Positions 19,123 to 26,635 of a stretch of 64,000 nucleotides of DNA are shown here, piece after piece. The position numbers and the translations under genes were made by a program. Under the pieces are notes generated by a model. That model worked only from the letters and a program-made list of their open reading frames with translations, made no database searches and was not told where the DNA came from. The stretch comes from Candidatus Dadabacteria bacterium. Lineage in GTDB: Bacteria; Desulfobacterota_D; UBA1144; Nemesobacterales; JADFKM01. Positions within the stretch are counted from its first letter, which is position 1. The number at the start of each line of letters is the position of its first letter. The stretch lies in contig JADFKM010000001.1 in the NCBI GenBank assembly GCA_022564935.1, positions 464 to 64,463 of the forward strand, written 5' to 3'.

Positions 19123-19369
19123 TGTGTTTTATCATTCCCAGTTCTTCTCTTGCTACTTTCTCAATATAACTCTCGTCTTCTTTTAAAAGTTTCAAATGGA
19201 TATTCAAGTTTTCATTCACCTTTTCGAGATTTTCCACCTTTCTCCCTATCCTCGAGTTCTCTTCGCTGAGTACGTAGACCTTTGAGGTTTGCCTTATGAA
19301 GATGTAGACGATCAGCAGTGTGAGGGTAAGGATGACGGTATTGCGGATTATGGCTGCTTTCATTACAGG
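19094..19369 (-). CDS. ftsB: Septum formation initiator FtsB/DivIC-like protein
   Basis: MKAAIIRNTVILTLTLLIVYIFI: a TM helix plus a coiled coil (VLSEENSRIGRKVENLEKVNENLNIHLKLLKEDESYIEKVAREELGM). The longer ORF in the track (19094..19822) is an out-of-frame read-through over the upstream MBL gene. Confidence 0.7.
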   Translation of the reverse strand, partial: PVMKAAIIRNTVILTLTLLIVYIFIRQTSKVYVLSEENSRIGRKVENLEKVNENLNIHLKLLKEDESYIEKVAREELGMIKHNEKIYRFDQ

Positions 19370-20010
19370 ATTATCAGACCTCCCGTGAGGAATGGGTTGG
19401 AGCGCTTCTCCACTCCGATTGTTGTGACGGGGCCGTGTCCCGAGTACACACTCCAGGAATCGGGCAGTGTCAGGAGCTTCGTTTTGATTGAGCGCACGAG
19501 CTCCTCCATGGAGCTTCCGCCGGTGAGGTCGACCCTTCCCACGCTCCCTGCGAACATGGTGTCGCCGTCGAATACGTGTCCGTCGAATATGAGGCAGATG
19601 TGGCCCCATGTGTGGCCGGGGGTGTGGACGACCCTTGCCGTATAGGGGCCTACCTTGACCTCGTCCCCTTCGGCCAGGAAGTGCTCCACCTCCGGCACTT
19701 CGGTGCCCTCGAACTCGGGGAACCTGCCGGCGGCGTTGGGGATGTCTTGGAGCACCGGCAGCTCCAGCTCGTGCAGGTAGAACTCGGCGCCGAGGGCGTC
19801 TTTTGCCTCCTGTACGCCGCATAAGTGGTCAATGTGGCAGTGGGTGTTTATGATTCTTTCGACCTTGAGGTCGAGTCTTTCGATCAGCTCGAGGACTTCG
19901 GCCACCTGAGCGCCGGGGTCGATGAGTATGCCTTCTCTGCTTTCCTCATCGGCCACTATGTAGCAGTTTGTAAAGAACGAGCCGCCGATAACGGTCTCTA
20001 TTATCATCAA
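19363..20010 (-). CDS. MBL-fold metallo-hydrolase (glyoxalase II-like)
   Basis: THCHIDH metal-binding motif, HTPGHTWGH, and the C-terminal YSGHG. Confidence 0.8.
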   Translation of the reverse strand: MMIIETVIGGSFFTNCYIVADEESREGILIDPGAQVAEVLELIERLDLKVERIINTHCHIDHLCGVQEAKDALGAEFYLHELELPVLQDIPNAAGRFPEFEGTEVPEVEHFLAEGDEVKVGPYTARVVHTPGHTWGHICLIFDGHVFDGDTMFAGSVGRVDLTGGSSMEELVRSIKTKLLTLPDSWSVYSGHGPVTTIGVEKRSNPFLTGGLIIL

Positions 20011-20034
20011 TTACTCCACAGGTTATTCATCGGC

Positions 20035-20313
20035 TCAGAACTCGGTCGTGAACCCGTCAAACTCGCTTAAGTATTCCCCCCACTCAAGCTCAATATCATC
20101 CACACGCGCGTCTTCGGGGCCTTGCCTGCACCAGTGCGCAAGCTCGTTCAGCTTGTCCCTTTCGCCCTCTGCTGTAATCTCCACCGATCCGTCTTCTCTG
20201 TTCCTCACCCGTCCTCCGAGGCCCAGCGAGGCAGCTATGCTAATGGTTGAAGCCCTGAAGAAAACCCCCTGCACCCTTCCGCTCACTACGATACGGACTC
20301 TGCATTTGCTCAC
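20035..20313 (-). CDS. acyP: Acylphosphatase
   Basis: 92 aa with the signature VSGRVQGVFFR and GLGGRVRNREDGSVE. Confidence 0.85.
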   Translation of the reverse strand: MSKCRVRIVVSGRVQGVFFRASTISIAASLGLGGRVRNREDGSVEITAEGERDKLNELAHWCRQGPEDARVDDIELEWGEYLSEFDGFTTEF

Positions 20314-20630
20314 CTTCAGTCCCCTCGTCGATCGATTATCGGCGTCCTGTGCCTCGATTCTTCCGGGCGCCTTCCTCGCGTCGCCCCCTAAGCTCTGAGG
20401 AATCCGTTCCTGCCCCTCCCCTTGTGTTCACCCCCCCTCGGCAATAATACCAAAATGGAGGGAGAGTGTCAATATATTTAGGTTTGTGGAGAAATTACAA
20501 TCAATTCTTCAAGTACATTAGTAGAAATTAGCGTGTCTGAAACACCCCTTCTCCGGCTAAATTTGTTTTTAGTTGCGAGAGATTGCGGCAGGCAGGAGTC
20601 AGCTTGCGCCTTTCTCACAGCCAACCGGGG

Positions 20631-21619
20631 TTATCTGTCCCCGGAGGGCCGCCCTTCCAAAACCGCGGGGTTAACGAGGTTGTCCGGAATCGCGCTGCGC
20701 AGGGCCGCTTCTATGCTCTCTATGGACATCTCGGCCATTATCTGCCGGGTCTCCCTCGATGCGCTGCCGATGTGAGGAAGCAGCACGGCGTTGGGGAGCT
20801 CGAGCAGCGCGCCTTCGATTTCCGGCTCTCGCTCGAACACGTCGAGGCCCGCCCCGCCTATCCTGCCGCTCCTGAGGGCACGGGCAAGCTCCCTTTCGCG
20901 TATTATCTGGCCCCTGCCGACGTTCACTATGACGGCGTCAGCTTTCATGGTGCTGAATTCAGGGGCGCCGAACCTGCCGCGCGTCCCTTCGTTTAGTGGG
21001 GCAGTGACCACCAGAAAGTCCGATTCTCTGAGCAGCGCTTCGAACTCCACGTAGCGCGCGCCCGTCTCGACCTCTCCATCGGGGTTCGGATTCCTGTTGT
21101 GGTAGATGACGCTCATGCCAAATCCCTTTGCCCTTTTGGCAACGGCGGTGCCGATACGGCCCATGCCGAAGATGCCCAGGGTCTTGCCGTAGACGTTCAC
21201 TCCGAGCAGCAGAGTCGGGCTCCACCCGGTGAACCTACCCTCGCGCGTGAACCTGTCGGCCTCCACGACCTTCTGGCCGCTGAAAGTATCAGGCTCCATG
21301 CGAGGTCTGCCGTGGCTTCGGTGAGCACGCCGGGGGTGTTCGTGACGAGCACTCCCCTGCGAGTGGCGGCCTCGACGTCTATGTTCTCGTATCCCACGCC
21401 GCAGTTGGAGATGATCCTGAGCGCGGGGCATGCGTCGATAATCTCTCCCGTTACACGGTCTGTGACCATGGTGATGAGGGCGTCGCAGTCACGGGCCCCA
21501 GCAATAAGCTCGTCGTCGGTGGGCTGGCGGTCTTACTCGAACACTGTGACGTCATGCTCGCTGCTCAGGCGCTCGACGGAGTCCCCGGGGAGCTTTGCGG
21601 TGACGAAGACCCTGCTCAT
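20631..21619 (-). pseudogene. D-2-hydroxyacid dehydrogenase (GhrB/glyoxylate-hydroxypyruvate reductase-like), disrupted by an in-frame TAA (about 21530-21532) and a 1-nt frameshift (about 21268)
   Basis: Three collinear ORF pieces give MSRVFVTAKLPGDSVERLSSEHDVTVFE then TAA, then ...NCGVGYENIDVEAATRRGVLVTNTPGVLTEATADLAWSLILSAARR, then a frame change to VVEADRFTREGRF...GIFGMGRIGTAVAKRA...LDVFEREP...PHIGSAS. The NAD-binding and catalytic motifs are intact apart from the breaks. Confidence 0.7.
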
Positions 21620-21621
21620 CG

Positions 21622-22932
21622 CTATTTGCCTTCGAACGGGTCGGGGATGTCGGGGTGCCACAGACCGAAGTGGTCTTTGTGGTTCTTGGTGTAGGCGCCT
21701 TCGGGGTAGAAGCTGTCGTAGAACTCCAGGTCGATGTGGTGCGCCTGCACCATGAAGCGCAGGAACATCGGGTCGCTGAAGGCCGGGAACCTGCCGTAGG
21801 TGTCGTAGACGTAGCTGCATATGTCCTTTACGACCTGGATCTCATCCTTGCTCGGCCGCTCCACCTCACCGAGTACCGATTCGGGGTTTTTGTAGGGAAG
21901 TTTATGAGTTTCCCAGTTCGTCCATTTGAGGTCGTTCAGGGCCTCGACTGCCTCGCCCATGTCCTTGTAGTAGGGCGGGCAGAACGCTTCGAACAGGCCG
22001 TCCCTTCCCACGGCCACGGGGTTCGGGTTGCCCGTCTCCCCTTTTGTCTGAGGGGTGATGAACCTGAAGCCGAGCCCCTTGTTGAATGGGGTTCCTCCGA
22101 GCATGAACATGCTGGCGAAGCCGCTGAACATCCAGCCGCCCAGGCCGAGGGTCTGGAGCGCTAGGGCCATGTTCTGGCCCATGAATGCCTGCTCCGCGAT
22201 GTAGCCGTTTGCGAACCTTAGCTCGGCCTCTATGAGAGGCATGCGCATCGACTCGTTGACGAACCCCTTCTTCACCCAGGCTTCCGTTCCGGGGTAGCGC
22301 ATGCCGTGAAGCTCGTCCACGAAGTTGAACCTGTGGTCGGGGCGCATGTAGAAGAAGTACAGGTTAATGATGCAGGCCGACAGGTCTGTTACGGGCATGA
22401 ACACGGTGGTGCCGGGCTTGTTCACGTTCCACAGGTTGTGCGAGGCGATGCCGGGGGGCTTCGTGGGCAGGTCGGCGCGGGTGTCTTCGAGCCTGACCTT
22501 CGAATCCCTGAAGAGCTCAAGAATTCGGTCTACCCTCTTCTCGCGGCTAAGCCCTTCGAGTCCCTTGAAGTCATCGGGCTTTTTGTCGTGCTGCTTTATT
22601 AGATAGGTTCCTTCGTCGTTCGTGTAGAACAGCTCCGTGCGGTGCACGTCGCCGAGCGCGGGGATTGTCTTGCTCGTGAACTGCATCTCCAGGTCGAGAC
22701 CCACGTGGGGTGGGAAGTCCGAGAGGTTGATGCTCTTTATTCCCAGGCCCGTCCACACCATCATGGCCTCTTCAAGCTCTGTAAGGGGTACGCTCTCGTG
22801 CCTGGATTTGTACTTGAGCGAGCCTTTGTCGATTTCCATGCCGAGGCCGAACCTCCTGGAGCGCCTCTGGAAAATGGCGTCGTGGAAGCTGTACTCTATA
22901 GCGGTGTTGAGTCCTCTCGGATGGCTGCTCAT
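21622..22932 (-). CDS. Hypothetical 436-aa Trp-rich protein with an N-terminal nitroreductase-like RRSxRxF motif
   Basis: N-terminus HDAIFQRRSRRFGLG is the nitroreductase-superfamily FMN-pocket motif; the rest has no motif I can assign. Its TAG stop is 2 nt from the start of the downstream ghrB-like gene, which implies an operon. Confidence 0.5.
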   Translation of the reverse strand: MSSHPRGLNTAIEYSFHDAIFQRRSRRFGLGMEIDKGSLKYKSRHESVPLTELEEAMMVWTGLGIKSINLSDFPPHVGLDLEMQFTSKTIPALGDVHRTELFYTNDEGTYLIKQHDKKPDDFKGLEGLSREKRVDRILELFRDSKVRLEDTRADLPTKPPGIASHNLWNVNKPGTTVFMPVTDLSACIINLYFFYMRPDHRFNFVDELHGMRYPGTEAWVKKGFVNESMRMPLIEAELRFANGYIAEQAFMGQNMALALQTLGLGGWMFSGFASMFMLGGTPFNKGLGFRFITPQTKGETGNPNPVAVGRDGLFEAFCPPYYKDMGEAVEALNDLKWTNWETHKLPYKNPESVLGEVERPSKDEIQVVKDICSYVYDTYGRFPAFSDPMFLRFMVQAHHIDLEFYDSFYPEGAYTKNHKDHFGLWHPDIPDPFEGK

Positions 22933-23087
22933 TGTGTGCCCCCTTGAATTTGGTTTTTGAGTTTCGCCCGACTGCTAGATTATATCAGGAGGCCGCTGGA
23001 TTGGCACCCCCCGATTGATAATTTCTCGCCCCCGATGGTAGAGTCAACGGACGTGAGCGAGAAACGAGACAGGCTCAAGGAGCGTAG

Positions 23088-23195
23088 GTGCGCAAGGTGA
23101 TTGTGGTCGTGGATAGGGAGGAGGGAGCAGAACAACGCATCCGCGACGAGGGAATAGAGTATTTCTCGATATTCAAAGTGAGCGAGCTGCTTTGA
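23088..23195 (+). pseudogene. pyrE: Orphan 3' fragment of an orotate phosphoribosyltransferase (pyrE) gene, about 35 codons
   Basis: VRKVIVVVDREEGAEQRIRDEGIEYFSIFKVSELL-stop matches the PyrE C-terminus (vlvlvDReeGg...G..l.Sl.tl.dL). An in-frame TAG lies immediately upstream, and the preceding DNA is not PyrE-like. Confidence 0.55.
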
Positions 23196-23289
23196 GTCTC
23201 TTTGCCTGCTAACTACACTCTATCTATAAATTAAATTATAAAATGTTAATATGGTATTAGTTGTTCCAAATTAATGAGGATCAATAAAA

Positions 23290-23655
23290 ATGGCTAATAA
23301 TAAGAAGAAATGCTTTGTAATTTGTCAAATAGGTGAGGACAACTCGGAAGAGAGACAGCATACAGATGATGTTATGGAATATATAATCAAACCCGCCACA
23401 GATGAATGCGGATATGATGCGAAACGTTCCATAGATCTCAAGTTACCGACTACTATTACAAATGAAATAATAATTGAATTGATGGAAGCACCTCTTGTCA
23501 TAGCTGACATATCTGGGAGAAACCCAAACGTTTTCTATGAACTAGCAATAAGGCACTTTGCAAACAAAGCCACAATACAAATTAAAAATAAGTCTGAAGA
23601 CATTCCATTTGATATTAACGACCAAAGCACTATTGATTTATGGATTGCACTCTAG
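23290..23655 (+). CDS. Nucleoside 2-deoxyribosyltransferase-like / SLOG-like Rossmannoid protein
   Basis: KKCFVICQIGEDNSEERQ...APLVIADISGRNPNVFYELAIRHFANKATIQIK fits the NDT-like pattern (ADl.g.dpgt.fElGyA.algKPvi). A GAGGA SD lies 12 nt upstream. Confidence 0.55.
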   Translation: MANNKKKCFVICQIGEDNSEERQHTDDVMEYIIKPATDECGYDAKRSIDLKLPTTITNEIIIELMEAPLVIADISGRNPNVFYELAIRHFANKATIQIKNKSEDIPFDINDQSTIDLWIAL

Positions 23656-24049
23656 GGATGCACAAACAGGTAAAAATAAAATTATAGAACAAATCAAGGA
23701 ATTGGAAAAAAATCCCTCATTGAATAATCCTATAATTGTTGCGCAAAATGTAAAAAAGATCAGGGATAGTGAAAACCCATTAGAAAAAAGTGTTGCAGAA
23801 CTGATGTTAATGCTAGAGAAATTTGGAGCCAGGATTGGCGGTGTAGAGTCAATGCTAAGTATCATGTCTATGGGTAATGTATCGACTAGTGCTGGGATAC
23901 TGGGAAACTTATTTCTACCAAACCCGTATTTAGCAAAAAGTTTTACTTCAGGCACTCTAAAAACCCCTACTAAACTACCTAAGATACTAAAAGTGTTGTC
24001 TGAAATAGAAACAGAAGAGGAACAAAAGAAAAAGAAGAAAGAAAAGTAG
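23558..24049 (+). CDS. Hypothetical 163-aa frame, Lys/Glu-rich at its C-terminus, overlapping the upstream gene by 98 nt in the +1 frame. Possibly the frameshifted C-terminal part of the same gene.
   Basis: A 164-codon open frame in about 32% GC DNA is unlikely by chance. Its only start is a TTG three codons after a stop. Composition (helical, KE-rich tail EEEQKKKKKEK) is protein-like. Confidence 0.4.
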   Translation: MQTKPQYKLKISLKTFHLILTTKALLIYGLHSRDAQTGKNKIIEQIKELEKNPSLNNPIIVAQNVKKIRDSENPLEKSVAELMLMLEKFGARIGGVESMLSIMSMGNVSTSAGILGNLFLPNPYLAKSFTSGTLKTPTKLPKILKVLSEIETEEEQKKKKKEK

Positions 24050-24351
24050 CTTATTAATCGTATGGAAACCTACGAATTAGAAGGGCTACTTATCACGGGT
24101 CGGAGCCGCTTTGATTTTTCTCCCCTTCTTTATGCGGCCGGAACCCTTGACCTTGGGCTTCGCTCCTTTTCCTGCCCTTTAACCATCTAATATGTAAGAA
24201 AGACTCGGCGCAAAAATAGATTGAGTTTTTTTGAGGTGATTCGATATGTCATATGGCAATTCAGATAATAAGGAAGAGAGCTGCCGGTGCGGCTACGTTT
24301 ACCTCTTCGGCCTTCTTGGGATTCAGATAAAGAAGCTCTGGTACAGGTTGT

Positions 24352-25137
24352 TCAGGAGGTAATATATCGGCTCTGCAGCTTCCCCTTCAAAAACTCAAGA
24401 GTCTCGCCGTCCTGGGGTATGAGAAGCTGCTCCGGCGTGATGCCCGCTTCGTCAGCGGCTTCGCGAAGCCCTGCGCGGGTGACGGTGGCGTGGTCAACGG
24501 CCTCCATGTGTACCGCGACGACCGTGGCTTCGGGCGCCTCGCGGCATACGGCTATGGTCTGGGCGGCGTCCATGATTATGGGGTCTGCGCCGGGGAACTG
24601 CGCGCCGCATGAGTGTGTGACTATGACGTCGGGTTTCATGTGCTCCAAGACCCGTTTTACCCCTTCATACCATATCGTGTCCCCTGCCCAGTAAACTGTC
24701 GGCTCCCCTTCGGCCTGGAAAGTAAACCCCGATACGCTGCCCATCTGCCGGGCCATCGCACCCGTGCCGTGCCGGCCGGGCGTGCGTGATATGGTTATGC
24801 CTTCCCATTTCTCCGGCATATCGACCGGGGAGGCAGATTGGAAACCCCCTTGGCGCAGGGTCATTTCGTCTCCGGGCTGGCAGAATAGCGGTATGTCGCC
24901 AGGGAGAAGGCGCTGCGCCAGGGGGTCGATGTGGTCGGGGTGCAGGTGGGATACGATGACAAGCTCCACTCCGTCCACCACTTCGGGCGGCGAGCACGGC
25001 AGCTCTACGGTCGGGTTGGGCGATACGCCGACGAACGGTTCGAAGCTGTATGCGGGCAGTAGGAACGGGTCGGTGAGTATGAGCTTTCCTGAATACGTGA
25101 TGCGCATGGTGGCGTTACGGATCAACTGCAATTGCAT
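24352..25137 (-). CDS. MBL-fold metallo-hydrolase (UlaG/YtnP-like)
   Basis: SHLHPDHID metal-binding motif, with a beta-lactamase-fold His/Asp pattern (TPGRHGTGAM...HSCGAQF...HME). Confidence 0.7.
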   Translation of the reverse strand: MQLQLIRNATMRITYSGKLILTDPFLLPAYSFEPFVGVSPNPTVELPCSPPEVVDGVELVIVSHLHPDHIDPLAQRLLPGDIPLFCQPGDEMTLRQGGFQSASPVDMPEKWEGITISRTPGRHGTGAMARQMGSVSGFTFQAEGEPTVYWAGDTIWYEGVKRVLEHMKPDVIVTHSCGAQFPGADPIIMDAAQTIAVCREAPEATVVAVHMEAVDHATVTRAGLREAADEAGITPEQLLIPQDGETLEFLKGKLQSRYITS

Positions 25138-25145
25138 TTCGGCCT

Positions 25146-25802
25146 CTAGTGCTCGTGGGTATGCCCGTTGTTGTTGCCGGTTTCTTCTCCTTCTTCCTCG
25201 CTTGTTTTCTCGGTTTTTTCTTGGGGGGCCTGGTCTGTGGGGATTTTCTCGGAAGGGGGCACAGCCCGCCAGGAAAAGGAGCTTCTGAACTCGGGGTGGT
25301 TGATCTTGCGGCCCGCATCCGCAATCCAGAAAAAGACCCCCAGGCTTCCCATGATGAGAATTAAGGTCAGGACGCCCACGTGAAACTTGAAGCGTCGCAC
25401 TGCAGCTACAGAAAGGATGCCCAGGAGCGCGAGACCCCCCGTTATGTAGATCACGGTGGTCGCCGGATCAGTAAAAAAATGATGCTCTCCCATCCACTTG
25501 TCCCCCTCGGCTCCTATGACCGCAGAAAGTGGGAGCTCCTCGAACCTGTCGTGGGCCTCTTCTCCCGTCTGCATGACGAAGTACATAGATCCTGCGAAAA
25601 TGGCGCACAAGATGAAGCCTAGAAAGAGGACTTCTGTGTCTTTGAGGATGAACGAGTAGATAAGGACGAGCGCGGCGGCGGCGAGCCCTATGATGGGGAT
25701 GTGGTTTATCATGAGGTGGATGTGCTCGGGGGTCGTGAGGAAGTCGAACATCGCATACATTATAAATAAGGCACTTGCGCAGTCAACGCAGGGGTGCTGC
25801 AA
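25146..25802 (-). CDS. Hypothetical membrane protein (4-5 TM) with a His-rich acidic C-terminal tail
   Basis: TM-rich sequence. The C-terminus EKTEKTSEEEGEETGNNNGHTHEH suggests metal binding. Confidence 0.5.
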   Translation of the reverse strand: MQHPCVDCASALFIMYAMFDFLTTPEHIHLMINHIPIIGLAAAALVLIYSFILKDTEVLFLGFILCAIFAGSMYFVMQTGEEAHDRFEELPLSAVIGAEGDKWMGEHHFFTDPATTVIYITGGLALLGILSVAAVRRFKFHVGVLTLILIMGSLGVFFWIADAGRKINHPEFRSSFSWRAVPPSEKIPTDQAPQEKTEKTSEEEGEETGNNNGHTHEH

Positions 25803-26032
25803 CTACGAGTACATACGGATTTGGGAAGTAAAGGCCTAGGGGGATAGCTCAGTTCTGAAGGCCCTATTTATGGCGCCAAGGATCCGGGGAGGAAAGGGAT
25901 CAGGCCGGTTAAACTGGGCAAATTAAACAGGGGGCTGTCATTTATCCCCGGCTTTGTGTTATATTTGAAGACAGAATTCAAGAGGAGTTTTTGTGTACAC
26001 AGTTAGCGGGACAGCCCCGCAATTCCTGTATG

Positions 26033-26482
26033 TCAGCTCTCTTTATCAGTCTTGGATTTAAAGCTCTTTAAATTTTCTTCGTTCTCGAAGTAATACACTT
26101 TGCCGTCAGGCACCGCACCTATGACAGCCAGCGCTTTATCGACAACATTCCCACTGACGGGGTCGACTGCGAATCGAGTATTCGAATCGTTCTGCAGTTT
26201 AGCCTTACACATTTCGCAGCAGCCGTAGTATGTTTTCCCTTCAACGCTGGTGGGGATTTGTTCCTTATCGTAACGTTGATTTGTGATCATACAAACATAT
26301 TTGTGGTCAACACGAGACAGATCCGAGTTTTTCGAAGCCGCAGAGGCATCGTCACTAGAACCTCTAGCGGTCGTCATGGGCGCTAAAAGGAACAGTGACG
26401 TAAGGACGAAAAGAAAAAAAGATGTTCTGGTAAAAACAGACAATGTATTCATAACTGGTGAGATCCTCCTTTTTGATTCCAA
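26033..26482 (-). CDS. Secreted YHS/TRASH-like metal-binding domain protein
   Basis: Signal peptide, then HKYVCMITNQRYDKEQIPTSVEGKTYYGCCEMCKAKL (YHS-like C.M...Y.GktYYfC..C) and a second degenerate copy (VDPVSGNVV...GKVYYFENEENLKSF). Confidence 0.5.
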   Translation of the reverse strand: MESKRRISPVMNTLSVFTRTSFFLFVLTSLFLLAPMTTARGSSDDASAASKNSDLSRVDHKYVCMITNQRYDKEQIPTSVEGKTYYGCCEMCKAKLQNDSNTRFAVDPVSGNVVDKALAVIGAVPDGKVYYFENEENLKSFKSKTDKES

Positions 26483-26635
26483 AGCGAACTATCTTATAAT
26501 TATATCATAATGGGCGGATGTATGTGAGTGGGAGAAGGGGGTGAGAGAGAAGATTCCATGAAGGGCGATGTTTCAATACTCCCAAAATAGCGTATAATCT
26601 AAAGAAGTTGCGCTAAAAACCTAAGAAGGATTGTT

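Larger units (their letters stand above)
23196..24060 (+). mobile_element. About 0.9-kb low-GC islet (about 32-35% GC versus about 60% flanks) carrying 1-2 small genes. Likely horizontally acquired; no integrase or tRNA seen.
   Basis: Abrupt composition change at both ends; flanked on the left by the pyrE 3' orphan fragment. Confidence 0.5.

Noticed and set aside
19094-19822. 242-aa Arg-rich minus-strand ORF
   Set aside because: Only the last about 91 codons (FtsB-like) are real. The N-terminal Arg/Pro-rich part is an alternative frame of the conserved MBL-hydrolase gene.
22933-23290. Looked for a tRNA or integrase at the islet boundaries
   Set aside because: No T-loop-like GTTCGA(A/T)TC motif or cloverleaf-capable sequence was found, and no recombinase-like ORF. 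The islet is therefore called only as a compositional insert.
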